Below, piece by piece: positions 10,179 through 18,542 of a DNA stretch of 64,000 nucleotides. The notes under the pieces are model-generated. The model did no database searches, was not told the origin of the DNA, and was given only the letters and a program-made list of their open reading frames with translations. This stretch comes from an uncultured Chloroflexia bacterium. Lineage in GTDB: Bacteria > Chloroflexota > Limnocylindria > Limnocylindrales > CSP1-4. Where the stretch lies: contig CAVYIM010000007.1 of assembly GCA_963768655.1 (NCBI GenBank), positions 201,597-265,596 of the forward strand, given 5' to 3'. How positions within the stretch are numbered: position 1 is the stretch's first letter; every line of letters starts with the position of its first letter. A program made the position numbers and the translations under genes.

Positions 10179-10204
10179 ATCATACCAGACCGAACGGGTG
10201 TTCT
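10179..10204 (-). promoter_or_regulatory. ruvB promoter: extended -10 (TGgTATGAT) plus LexA/SOS box AGAAC-ACCC-GTTCG
   Basis: Exact GAAC-N4-GTTC at 10192-10203, lying just upstream of TATGAT (10179-10184). Matches the Gram-positive/Chloroflexi LexA consensus. Confidence 0.75.
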
Positions 10205-10248
10205 ACCTTCGGAATCGCTCCAGGTTCGAGCCATCCGGAGCGAAGATT

Positions 10249-10452
10249 TCAGTTGGCCGCGTAATCGAATGCCGGGTCCTCTCTCTCGGCCGCCACGATC
10301 CGCTCGAGCACGCTCATGCGGCTCCACGCTTCGGGTCGTGTGAGCGCCACTCTGCGCTCACGAAGTGGCGCTGCGACGGCTGCGGTCTCATCAGTAAGCG
10401 CGACCAACGCCGTCAGCGAGATCCGGTCCTTTCCTCTGCCGTGTGATCTCAT
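10249..10452 (-). CDS. Small hypothetical protein (67 aa)
   Basis: ATG at 10452 after GGAG (close spacing); MRSHGRGKDRISL...RPEAWSRMSVLERIVAAEREDPAFDYAAN; followed by a hairpin at about 10206-10245. Confidence 0.5.
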   Translation of the reverse strand: MRSHGRGKDRISLTALVALTDETAAVAAPLRERRVALTRPEAWSRMSVLERIVAAEREDPAFDYAAN

Positions 10453-10559
10453 TCTCCAAGCCCCCGGTCTCGGCAAGCCGCGTCCATTTCCCTACTGACG
10501 CCTTGCCTGCCCATGAGACGGCGGCCCCACAGCAGCTGTGATCCGGCTTTCCGTTCGGC

Positions 10560-11151
10560 CTACCCCTTGAGCAGGGTGCGCAACGCGGCCTTGACGCGAT
10601 CCTCCAGGCCGGGCCCGACGGAGGTATCGGAGAGCGCGTCACGGGACGCCTGGCGGGCCTCGCCGGCGGAGTAGCCCAGGGCCAGTAGCGCGGCCACCAC
10701 CTCCGGCTCGCCGGCTGGAGAACCTGCGGTGGCGCCCGCGGCAACGCCCGCGGCCGCGACCTTCTCCCTGAGCTCCAGCACGAATTCGAGCCGCCAGCTT
10801 CTTGCCGACTCCGGAGACTGCCGTCAGCAGTGCCAGATCCTCCGAGAGAATCGCCAGCTGTAGATCGCCAACGGCACGCGTCCCGACGATCGCGAGAGCG
10901 ACCTTCGGGCCGACACCCGTAACGGTCTGGAGGAGTCCGAAGAAGCCGAGTTCCTCGGGCGTACGGAAGCCGTACAGCGCCTGGGCATCCTCACGCACCA
11001 GGTGGTGGGTGAACAGCTTGGTCCGCTCCCCTACTCTCACCGCGGCCAGCACGGCGGGCGCGCAGTACACGCGATAGCCGATCCCCCCCACCTCGACGAT
11101 CATGGAATCTGCGAAGACGGCGCCGACCATGCCGTCCAGCGAGGCGATCAC
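10560..11151 (-). CDS. ruvA: Holliday junction protein RuvA, interrupted by a +1 frameshift at about 10783-10784 (probably a sequencing error)
   Basis: N-part VIASLDG...GVGPKVAL...GVGKKLAARI in one frame, C-part VLELREKV...ALLALGYS in the next. Removing one T (ATTCGTG to ATCGTG) restores a 196-aa ORF. Confidence 0.9.
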
Positions 11152-11170
11152 GGAGGCTCTGCTTCCGAGC

Positions 11171-11809
11171 CTAGACGGCGGTCTTGGGCTCGGGCACGCG
11201 CGAAGAGCGCCCGTCTGGATCGAGGCCCAGCCGTTCGCGGCGGAGGGCTTCACGGACCGCTTTCTCGTACGGTGTGACGCCGCTCGGCGCGGGGTTCAGG
11301 GCGGAACGATCCAGCGCCCCGGTCGGGATGCGACTGACGGAGCGCTCGCGGTTGGCGACGCAGATCGCGATCGCAAGGGCGTCTGCGGCGTCGTCCGGGG
11401 CCGGCATCTCGGCCAGGCCGAGGATGGCCTGGACCATCCGCCCGACCTGCTCCTTGGCGGCGCCGCCGTGGCCGGCCGTGGCCACCTTGACCTCGTTGGG
11501 CGTGGCCTCTCGCACTTCCAGATCGTGCTGAGCGGCCGCGAGCAGCGCGACCCCTCGAGCCTGCCCGACGGCGAAGGCCGTCTGGACGTTCTTGGTGAAG
11601 AAGAACCGCTCCACGCCGACCATGGATGGCGCATGCAACTCGATCAGGTCGGTCAGGGCGAGGTAGATCGACTCGAGGCGCTCGGGCAGGGTGAGGGTCG
11701 ACGGAGTCGAGATGACGCCGAAGTCGATGGCCCGGAGCCGGGGCCCGGTTCTCTCGATGACCCCGTATCCGAGCATCGCCGTCCCGGGATCGATGCCGAG
11801 GATGATCAC
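11171..11809 (-). CDS. ruvC: Crossover junction endodeoxyribonuclease RuvC
   Basis: ILGIDPG, VERFFF, QARGVAL, KEQV, DDAADALAIAIC. Confidence 0.96.
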   Translation of the reverse strand: MIILGIDPGTAMLGYGVIERTGPRLRAIDFGVISTPSTLTLPERLESIYLALTDLIELHAPSMVGVERFFFTKNVQTAFAVGQARGVALLAAAQHDLEVREATPNEVKVATAGHGGAAKEQVGRMVQAILGLAEMPAPDDAADALAIAICVANRERSVSRIPTGALDRSALNPAPSGVTPYEKAVREALRRERLGLDPDGRSSRVPEPKTAV

Positions 11810-12552
11810 CCGCCGACCTCGGCCAGTAGCGCCTCCGGAATCTCGAAGTTGGCGGTCACGCGCTGGACGTCGTCGTGATCCTCGAGCAGCTCGACCAGCC
11901 GGAGTGACTGGCGCGCTCTCGCCTCGTCGAGTTCGACCGTGTTCTTGGGCGTCATCGATAGCTCGGCCGACTCGATCTTGACGCCGGCAGCCTCGAGCTC
12001 TCGGCGGACCGCCTCGAGCTCATGAGGCCTGGTGTAGACCTCGACCTGCTCGCCCGAAGAGTCGACGTCGTCCGCACCGGCATCGATGGCCAGGAGTTCC
12101 AGCTCCTCTGCGTTGCCGCCCGCGGCCAGCGTGATGACGCCGCGCTGCTCGAATTGCCAGGCGACGCTGCCCGGCGCGGCCAGCTGGCCTCCGGCTTTGG
12201 TCAGGATCGATCGGACTTCGGCCGCGGTTCGATTGCGATTGTCGGTGGCCGTCTCGACAAGGATCGCCACGCCGCCCGGGCCGTAGCCCTCATACGTGAT
12301 CTCTTCGAACTGCTCGCCTTCGCCACCGCCGGTCGCCTTCTCGATGGCGCGCTTGATGGTGTCGAGCGGCATGTTGAGCGCCCGCGCGCGCTCGACGGCC
12401 AGGCGGAGGCGGAAGTTGCCGTCCGGGTCACCCCCGCCGGCTCGCGCGGCGACGCTGATCTCGCGGCCCATCTTCGTGAAGACGGCGCCGCGCTTGACGT
12501 CGTTCGCGCCCTTCTGGCGCTTGATCTGCGACCACTTGGAGTGTCCTGACAT
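11806..12552 (-). CDS. yebC: YebC/PmpR-family protein
   Basis: MSGHSKWSQIKRQKG, YEGYGPGGVA, TDNRNRT, LEDHDDVQRV; ATG at 12552. Confidence 0.96.
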   Translation of the reverse strand: MSGHSKWSQIKRQKGANDVKRGAVFTKMGREISVAARAGGGDPDGNFRLRLAVERARALNMPLDTIKRAIEKATGGGEGEQFEEITYEGYGPGGVAILVETATDNRNRTAAEVRSILTKAGGQLAAPGSVAWQFEQRGVITLAAGGNAEELELLAIDAGADDVDSSGEQVEVYTRPHELEAVRRELEAAGVKIESAELSMTPKNTVELDEARARQSLRLVELLEDHDDVQRVTANFEIPEALLAEVGG

Positions 12553-12559
12553 CGGGCGG

Positions 12560-12565
12560 AGTATA
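12560..12565 (-). promoter_or_regulatory. -10 element TATACT 7 nt upstream of the yebC ATG (leaderless mRNA)
   Basis: TATACT-ccgcccg-ATG, with no Shine-Dalgarno in between. Confidence 0.6.
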
Positions 12566-12747
12566 GCGCCCGGCCGGGCCTCCCAGCCGCTCAGGCTGAA
12601 GAAACCGCCGGCGTCTCGGGCTCCCAAGGCATCACGCCCTCCTCGTCCGGGAACACGCGCCGGGCTATCATGGCCTGACCGCGGCCGGCCCTTCGTCGAG
12701 CCGCTCGTTTGATGCGATCTGAAGCCACCAGAGGATCGATTGAGCAG

Positions 12748-14835
12748 ATGACAACCAAGAGTGTCGACCTCCCCCACCTCCGCAGCGTCGTCATTGCGGC
12801 CCATGCCGGGGCCGGCAAGACGACGCTAGCCGAGCGCCTCCTTTTCGACGCGACCGCAATCACGCGACTCGGCCGCGTCGACGACGGCACTGCCAGCCTG
12901 GATTACGAGCCCGAGGAGCAGAAGCGCAAGCAGTCGCTGACTCTCGCGGTCGCCAGCCTGGAGCACGAGGGAACGAGGGTTCAGCTCGTCGACACTCCCG
13001 GTTACGCCGACTTTGCGGCCGAGGTCGTCGAGGGCTTCGCTGCCACGGACGCGGCCGTCCTGCTGATGGATGCGTCGGGGCATGTGGAAGCCGGTCTCGA
13101 GTCGGCGGTGGCGCTGGCTCGCGCGAACGGCCGGCCGGCGCTCTTCTTCATCAACAAGTGCGACCGCGAGAACGCCAACCCGGGCAGCGCGCTGGACGGG
13201 CTCAGGACCGCGTTTGGTCAGAAGATCGCGCCGCTGCACGTCGCCATCGGCACGGCGGAGTCGTTCAGCGGCTACGTGGACCTGGTCCATCGCAAGGCCT
13301 ACCAGGAAGCCGGCGGGAAGGAAACCGAGGTCGCCGTCCCGGCCAGCCTCGCCGCCGAAGTCGCTTCCCGCCGCGATCAGCTGATCGAAGCCGCGTCCGA
13401 GGCGGACGACGACGTCATGACCAAGTACCTCGAGGGCGAGGAGATCACCGACGCGGAGCTGGAGAGCTGCCTCAAGAAGGCCGTCCGGTCCGGCATGGTG
13501 GCGCCGGTCCTGGTCGGCAGCGCGAGCAAGGACGTCGGCGTGCGGGCCCTGCTCGAGGCCATCGTCCACTATCTCCCCTCCCCCGCCGACCTTGGCGAGA
13601 TCGTCGCCACGGACGCGAAGGGCAAAGAGGTCAAGATCGTTCCGGACGTGACCGGCCCGCTCGTGGCTCGCGTGTTCAAGACGACAGCCGATCCGTTCGT
13701 CGGGCGGCTGACTTACCTGCGCGTGCTTTCCGGGACGCTGCACGGCCAGGGCCAGTCATGGAACTCCACCCGGAGCGAGCCCGAGCGAATCGGTCAACTG
13801 TTGCTTCTTCACGGCAAGGACCAGGAAACGGTAGGCCAGCTCCAGGCCGGTGAGGTTGGCGCGGTGGCGAAGCTCACGGTGACCGCGACGGGCGACACCT
13901 TGTGCGCAACGCGCGAAGGGGCCGTCACGCTCCCGCCTCTCTCGTTCCCGGTGCCGACCCTCCAGGTCGCCATCGAGCCGCAGACCAAGGCGGACCTGGA
14001 CAAGATGGGCTCGGCCCTGCAGCGCATGCTCGAAGAGGAGCCCTCCGCGCGCGTCGAGCGCTCCGACACCGGCGAGCAGATCCTGCTGACCATGGGGGAC
14101 GCCCACGTCGCCGTGCTCGGCGAGCGCCTCAAGCGCAAGTTCGGCGCCGCGATCGTGACCAAGACCCCCAGAGTGGCCTACAGGGAAACGATCCGAGGCA
14201 AGACGCAGAGCCACGGGCGCTACAAGAAGCAGACCGGCGGCCACGGCATGTTCGGCGACGTCTGGATCGAGATCGAGCCGAACCCGGGCGGCGGCGTCGA
14301 GTTCGCCGAGAAGGTCGTCGGCGGCACCGTGCCCAAGAACTTCTTCCCCGGCGTCGAGAAGGGCGTCCGCGAGACGGCGGCCGAAGGTGTGCTGGCCGGC
14401 TACCCGCTCAGCGACTTCAAGGCGACCCTGTACGACGGCTCCTTCCATGCGGTCGACTCGAACGAGCTGTCCTTCAAGATCGCGGCCTCGATGGCTCTCA
14501 AGTCGGGCGTGCTCGAGTGCAAGCCGGCGCTGATGGAGCCCATAATGACGGTCGAGATCCGGATCCCGGAGGCCTTCATGGGCGACGTGAACCGCGATCT
14601 CAACGGCCGCCGCGGCCGGGTTCTCGGTATGGACACCAAGGACGGTCAGCAGGTCATCACCGCCACCGTGCCCCAGGCCGAGCTCTTCACCTATGCCACC
14701 GAGCTGCGCTCTCTCACGGGCGGCCGGGGCACCTTCAAGGCCACGCTGGACCGCTACGAGGACGTGCCCGCCCACATCGCTGAGAAGGTCATCGAGGCTC
14801 ATCGCAAGGAAGTGGAGGCCGCGCACAAGGAGTAG
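12748..14835 (+). CDS. fusA2: Elongation factor G-like paralog (EF-G2 type)
   Basis: AHAGAGKTT, DTPGYADF, NKCD, YRETI, KKQTGGHG, GSFHAVDSNE; switch I is RKQSL instead of RGITI; outside the str operon; candidate -10 TATCAT at 12666-12671. Confidence 0.88.
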   Translation: MTTKSVDLPHLRSVVIAAHAGAGKTTLAERLLFDATAITRLGRVDDGTASLDYEPEEQKRKQSLTLAVASLEHEGTRVQLVDTPGYADFAAEVVEGFAATDAAVLLMDASGHVEAGLESAVALARANGRPALFFINKCDRENANPGSALDGLRTAFGQKIAPLHVAIGTAESFSGYVDLVHRKAYQEAGGKETEVAVPASLAAEVASRRDQLIEAASEADDDVMTKYLEGEEITDAELESCLKKAVRSGMVAPVLVGSASKDVGVRALLEAIVHYLPSPADLGEIVATDAKGKEVKIVPDVTGPLVARVFKTTADPFVGRLTYLRVLSGTLHGQGQSWNSTRSEPERIGQLLLLHGKDQETVGQLQAGEVGAVAKLTVTATGDTLCATREGAVTLPPLSFPVPTLQVAIEPQTKADLDKMGSALQRMLEEEPSARVERSDTGEQILLTMGDAHVAVLGERLKRKFGAAIVTKTPRVAYRETIRGKTQSHGRYKKQTGGHGMFGDVWIEIEPNPGGGVEFAEKVVGGTVPKNFFPGVEKGVRETAAEGVLAGYPLSDFKATLYDGSFHAVDSNELSFKIAASMALKSGVLECKPALMEPIMTVEIRIPEAFMGDVNRDLNGRRGRVLGMDTKDGQQVITATVPQAELFTYATELRSLTGGRGTFKATLDRYEDVPAHIAEKVIEAHRKEVEAAHKE

Positions 14836-14975
14836 CGGCGCCGGAAGGGCGGCGGCGTCGGGTCAGGGCCTCTGCGACCCGAAACGCGCAAGCGCGTCCG
14901 TCGCGAGCGGCTGGGCCGGCGGTCAGCGCCTCGGCGGCGACGGGTGGCTGTCTTGCCCGGGCGGAGACACGAATA

Positions 14976-15007
14976 GCGGGCCCCGTACCGGCCGGCAAGG
15001 GGCCCGC
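14976..15007 (-). terminator. Hairpin gcgggcccc-N14-ggggcccgc between convergent fusA2 and hisA
   Basis: Perfect 9-bp stem, followed on the - strand by tattcgtgt. Confidence 0.55.
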
Positions 15008-15191
15008 GTGCCTGTCTGTGGTTGTGCGGACCGGCACACGGCCGTTCCTCGCGCCGGGTCCGCAGAGAACCGCAGGGTGACGTCCCAAGATGCCGGGGCC
15101 GAAGCCCGTGAAGACCGACCCCAGAGCCGACGCCTCCAGCTCAGTCGTCGGCGAGCCCGACCTACGGCTTGAGCCTATCGTTGCCTGCGCG

Positions 15192-15965
15192 CTACGCCGT
15201 CAGTCGGATCGCCTCGGCCAGGTCGAGGCGGTCCGAGTAGATCGCTCGGCCGACGATCGCACCAACGCAGCCGAGGGCGCGGACGGCCGCAATGTCGGCC
15301 AGCGACGAAACCCCGGCCGAGGCGACAATTCCGCCCCGGCCAGGCTCGACCATGCGGCGCAGGAGATCGAAGTCCGGGCCCATCAGCAGGCCGTCGCGCT
15401 CGATCGCGGTGACGATGAAGGTTCGCGCGCCGCGATCCGCCAGCGACGCCAGCGCCTCCTCGGCCGGCATGCCCGAGGCGCCCGGGACCCAGCCCTGGCC
15501 CACGGCCATGCCGTCGCGGACGTCGAGAGCGATCGCGATGCGCTCGACACCGAAACGGGCGACGAGCCGACCGGCGAACGCGGCATCCCGCAACGCCGCG
15601 GTGCCGACAACGACCCGCGCCGCCCCCGCGTCAAGAGCAGCCGCCACCGCTTCCTCGTCTCGCAGCCCGCCGGCCACCTCGCAGGCCGCGCGTCCCCCCA
15701 CAGCACCGACTATGCGGCCGACCAGCTCAGTCTGGCGCCCCGCACCGTCCCGGGCGCCGTCGAGGTCGACGATGTGGATCCACCGCGCCCCGGCGGCCAC
15801 GAAGCCACAGGCGACCTCGACGGGCTCTGCAGCGAAGCGAGTCTCCCGAGCGAAGTCGCCTTCCGCCAGCCGGACCACCTGGCCGCCCCGGAGGTCGATG
15901 GCAGGCATGACCTCGAACTTTCGGGGTCTCCTGGACGCCTCCTCGGCTTGCGTCTCTTCTAGCAT
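15192..15965 (-). CDS. hisA: ProFAR isomerase
   Basis: VMPAIDLRGGQVVRL, HIVDLDGA, EVAGGLR, ARVVVGT, TAIERDG, AIVGRAIY. Confidence 0.95.
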   Translation of the reverse strand: MLEETQAEEASRRPRKFEVMPAIDLRGGQVVRLAEGDFARETRFAAEPVEVACGFVAAGARWIHIVDLDGARDGAGRQTELVGRIVGAVGGRAACEVAGGLRDEEAVAAALDAGAARVVVGTAALRDAAFAGRLVARFGVERIAIALDVRDGMAVGQGWVPGASGMPAEEALASLADRGARTFIVTAIERDGLLMGPDFDLLRRMVEPGRGGIVASAGVSSLADIAAVRALGCVGAIVGRAIYSDRLDLAEAIRLTA

Positions 15966-15980
15966 GCTACTATGCTACTA
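15960..15980. promoter_or_regulatory. Palindromic operator TAGCAT-N6-ATGCTA overlapping the divergent hisA and hisR-hisG promoters
   Basis: Perfect inverted repeat 15960-15977. + strand extended -10 TGcTACTAT (15965-15973). - strand -10 TAGCAT (15972-15977), 6 nt before the hisA ATG. Direct repeat TGCTACTA x2. Confidence 0.65.
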
Positions 15981-16024
15981 CACGACAACGGGCCGTGAGA
16001 GGCCGTCAAGAAGGGGAACCGATC

Positions 16025-16354
16025 ATGAGCTCGATGGAAGGCTGGCGCGACGAGGCCACGGGCGAACTGTTCGAAGCCGTGCTGCGTCTCGCCACGGTGG
16101 ACGAAGCCTCGGCGTTCTTCCGCGACCTGTGCACTCTCGGCGAGCTGCACGACATGGCGCAGCGCTGGGCGGTCGTTCGGCTCCTCGACCAGGGCATGCA
16201 CTACGCCGAGATCTCGCACCGGACCGGTGCGAGCACGGCCACCGTCACCCGCATCGCCCAGTGGCTTCACCACGGCGAGGGTGGCTACCTGCGCGCCCTG
16301 GAGCGCCTCCGCGAAGGCGGCGCGCCAGCCAATCCGGGAGAGAAGACACGATGA
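16025..16354 (+). CDS. TrpR-like YerC/YecD (HisR-type) transcriptional regulator
   Basis: FFRDLCTLGELHDMAQRW...YAEISHRTGASTATVTRI; AAGGGG RBS; first gene of the his operon, ATGA-coupled to hisG. Confidence 0.88.
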   Translation: MSSMEGWRDEATGELFEAVLRLATVDEASAFFRDLCTLGELHDMAQRWAVVRLLDQGMHYAEISHRTGASTATVTRIAQWLHHGEGGYLRALERLREGGAPANPGEKTR

Positions 16355-17211
16355 CGCGCCGGCTGCGCCTGGCAATCCCGAACAAGGGCCGGCTGGTCGA
16401 GCCGACCGTCCGCCTGCTGCGCGATGCCGGGCTCGTCTTCGAGGCCGGCGAGCGAGCGCTCGTGGCGCGCGTCCAGAACTTCGATCTCGACATCCTCTTC
16501 GTGCGGACCAACGACGTCGTCGAATTCGTGAGCGACGGCGTCGCCGAGCTGGGCGTGACCGGGCTCGACCTGCTGGCGGAGGCGGGCTCGGATGCTCCGC
16601 AGCTGCGCAGCCTCGGGTTCGGGAAGTGCCGCCTCACCATCGCCGTCCCGAACGACTCGCCGTACCGCGTGCCGGAGGATCTGGCGGGCCTCCGCGTCGC
16701 CACGTCGCACATGAACCTCACGAAGGGCTTCTTCTCGGGTCGTTCCATTCCCGTCGACGTCATTCCAGTTTCGGGCGCGGCTGAAGTCGCGCCGCGGCTT
16801 GGCCTCGCGGAGGCGATCGTCGATCTGGTGTCGACCGGCTCGACCATGGTTGTGAACGGCCTGCGGCCGATCGAGGAGGTCTTCGCCTCGGAGGCGGTGC
16901 TGGTGGCCAACCCGACGGCGCTGCGCGACCGCTTCGACGCCCTCGACACGATCCAGACGATGCTCAGCGCCACGCTGGCCGCGCGCGATCGCAAGTACCT
17001 GATGATGAACGCCCCCGAAACCAGGTTGATCGAGCTGGAGGATCTCCTGCCCGGATTGGAGTCGCCGTCCATCATCCCGCTGGCACACAAGGGCATGGTC
17101 GCCATTCACTCGGTCGTCGAGGCCGACGCCGTCTGGTCGCTGTTGCCCCGCCTCAAGGCCGCCGGCGCGTCCGGCATCCTGATCCTGCCCATCGAGAAGC
17201 TCGTCCAATGA
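16351..17211 (+). CDS. hisG: ATP phosphoribosyltransferase (long form)
   Basis: RLAIPNKGRL, ELGVTGLD, DLVSTGST, C-terminal regulatory domain. Confidence 0.96.
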   Translation: MTRRLRLAIPNKGRLVEPTVRLLRDAGLVFEAGERALVARVQNFDLDILFVRTNDVVEFVSDGVAELGVTGLDLLAEAGSDAPQLRSLGFGKCRLTIAVPNDSPYRVPEDLAGLRVATSHMNLTKGFFSGRSIPVDVIPVSGAAEVAPRLGLAEAIVDLVSTGSTMVVNGLRPIEEVFASEAVLVANPTALRDRFDALDTIQTMLSATLAARDRKYLMMNAPETRLIELEDLLPGLESPSIIPLAHKGMVAIHSVVEADAVWSLLPRLKAAGASGILILPIEKLVQ

Positions 17212-18542
17212 GCGCAACGTCCGTAGCTATTCGCCGCCTCGATCTGGCCGCCGCCGACACGGATCCGACCGTGGCCGCCGAGATCCAGGCGCTGCTGCGC
17301 CGCGGCGCCGTACCGGATCAGCAGGTTCGTGAGGGCGCAAGGGCGATCCTCGCCTCGGTGAAGGCCGGCGGCGACGCCGCGGTGCGCGAGGCCAACGCCC
17401 GCTTCGGCGGCGGCCGCGCCGACGGCTCGCTGCTCGTCAGCCGGGCGGAGATGGAGGCCGCGCGCGATACCCTTCCGCCGCGCATCCGGGCCGGACTCGA
17501 GCAGATGATCGAGAACATTCGCCGCTTCGCGGAGACTCAGCGACCCCAGACTCGTGTCACGACGATCGTCCCCGGTGTTGAGATCGAACGGCGTTGGGCG
17601 CCGCTGGCTCGTGTCGGTGTATATGCCCCGGGCGGTTCCGCGGCCTATCCGAGTTCCCTGTTGATGGGCGTGGTGCCGGCACGGGTCGCCGGCGTCGGCA
17701 CCGTCGTGGTGGCCTCGCCCGCGGACGCAGAGGGCGGGCTCAACCGGACGCTCCTCGGCGCTGCCGCGCTTGTCGGAGTGGACGTCTTCATCGTCGCGGG
17801 CGGCGCTCAGGCCGTCGGCGCGATGGCGTACGGGCTGTCGGAACTTGGTGTGTCGCCGGTGGACCGCATCGTGGGGCCGGGCAACTCCTGGGTGACGGCC
17901 GCCAAGCTGGAAGTCTTCGGTGAGTGCGGGATCGACCTGCCGGCCGGTCCGTCCGAGGTCATGGTCGTCGCCGACGGCACCGCCGACCCGGTTGACGTCG
18001 CTGCGGACCTGCTCTCCCAGGCCGAGCACGGGCCGGACTCCCCTGCCCTGCTTGTCACCTGGGACGCAGTCTTCGCGAGCGCGGTCGAGGCGGAGCTGGG
18101 GCGCCAGCTCGAGACCGCTGCCCGGCGCCCGATCCTGGAGCGCTCGCTCGCGATGGGTGCGCTCGCCGTCCTGGCGCCGGACCGCGACGCTGCCCTCCGG
18201 TTCGTGAACGACTACGCGCCGGAGCATCTGTCCGTTGTCGTAGATGATGTGGAGGAGGCGGTCGTGCGCCTCCGAAACGCGGGCTCGCTGTTCGTCGGTC
18301 CCTATGCGCCCGAGTCGGCCGGCGACTATGCCTCCGGAGCCAACCACGTCCTGCCTACCGGCGGGCTGGCGCGCTCGTGCGGCGCCCTCTCCACCGAGGA
18401 CTACGGCAAGTTCGTGCAGGTCCAGAGGATCAGCCGAGAGGGTCTGGCGGCAATCCGTGACTCGGTCGAATCGATCGCCGAGGCCGAGGGTCTGATCGCC
18501 CACAAGCGCGCGGTCGAAGTCAGATTCGAGGCCCGGCCATGA
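17208..18542 (+). CDS. hisD: Histidinol dehydrogenase
   Basis: GVYAPGG, GGAQAVGAMAYG, IVGPGN, AGPSEV, SQAEHG, YAPEHL, GDYASGANHVLPT. Confidence 0.97.
   Translation: MSATSVAIRRLDLAAADTDPTVAAEIQALLRRGAVPDQQVREGARAILASVKAGGDAAVREANARFGGGRADGSLLVSRAEMEAARDTLPPRIRAGLEQMIENIRRFAETQRPQTRVTTIVPGVEIERRWAPLARVGVYAPGGSAAYPSSLLMGVVPARVAGVGTVVVASPADAEGGLNRTLLGAAALVGVDVFIVAGGAQAVGAMAYGLSELGVSPVDRIVGPGNSWVTAAKLEVFGECGIDLPAGPSEVMVVADGTADPVDVAADLLSQAEHGPDSPALLVTWDAVFASAVEAELGRQLETAARRPILERSLAMGALAVLAPDRDAALRFVNDYAPEHLSVVVDDVEEAVVRLRNAGSLFVGPYAPESAGDYASGANHVLPTGGLARSCGALSTEDYGKFVQVQRISREGLAAIRDSVESIAEAEGLIAHKRAVEVRFEARP

Noticed and set aside
14789-15088. 99-aa - strand ORF in the fusA2-hisA gap
   Set aside because: TTG start without a well-placed RBS, crosses a terminator-like hairpin, overlaps the fusA2 end, and has no recognisable motif.
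14836-15191. SRP RNA, RNase P RNA or tmRNA in this gap
   Set aside because: CCGGAAGG and GGTCAGG occur in the wrong order for SRP; no GAGGAAAGTCC and no tRNA-like tmRNA ends.
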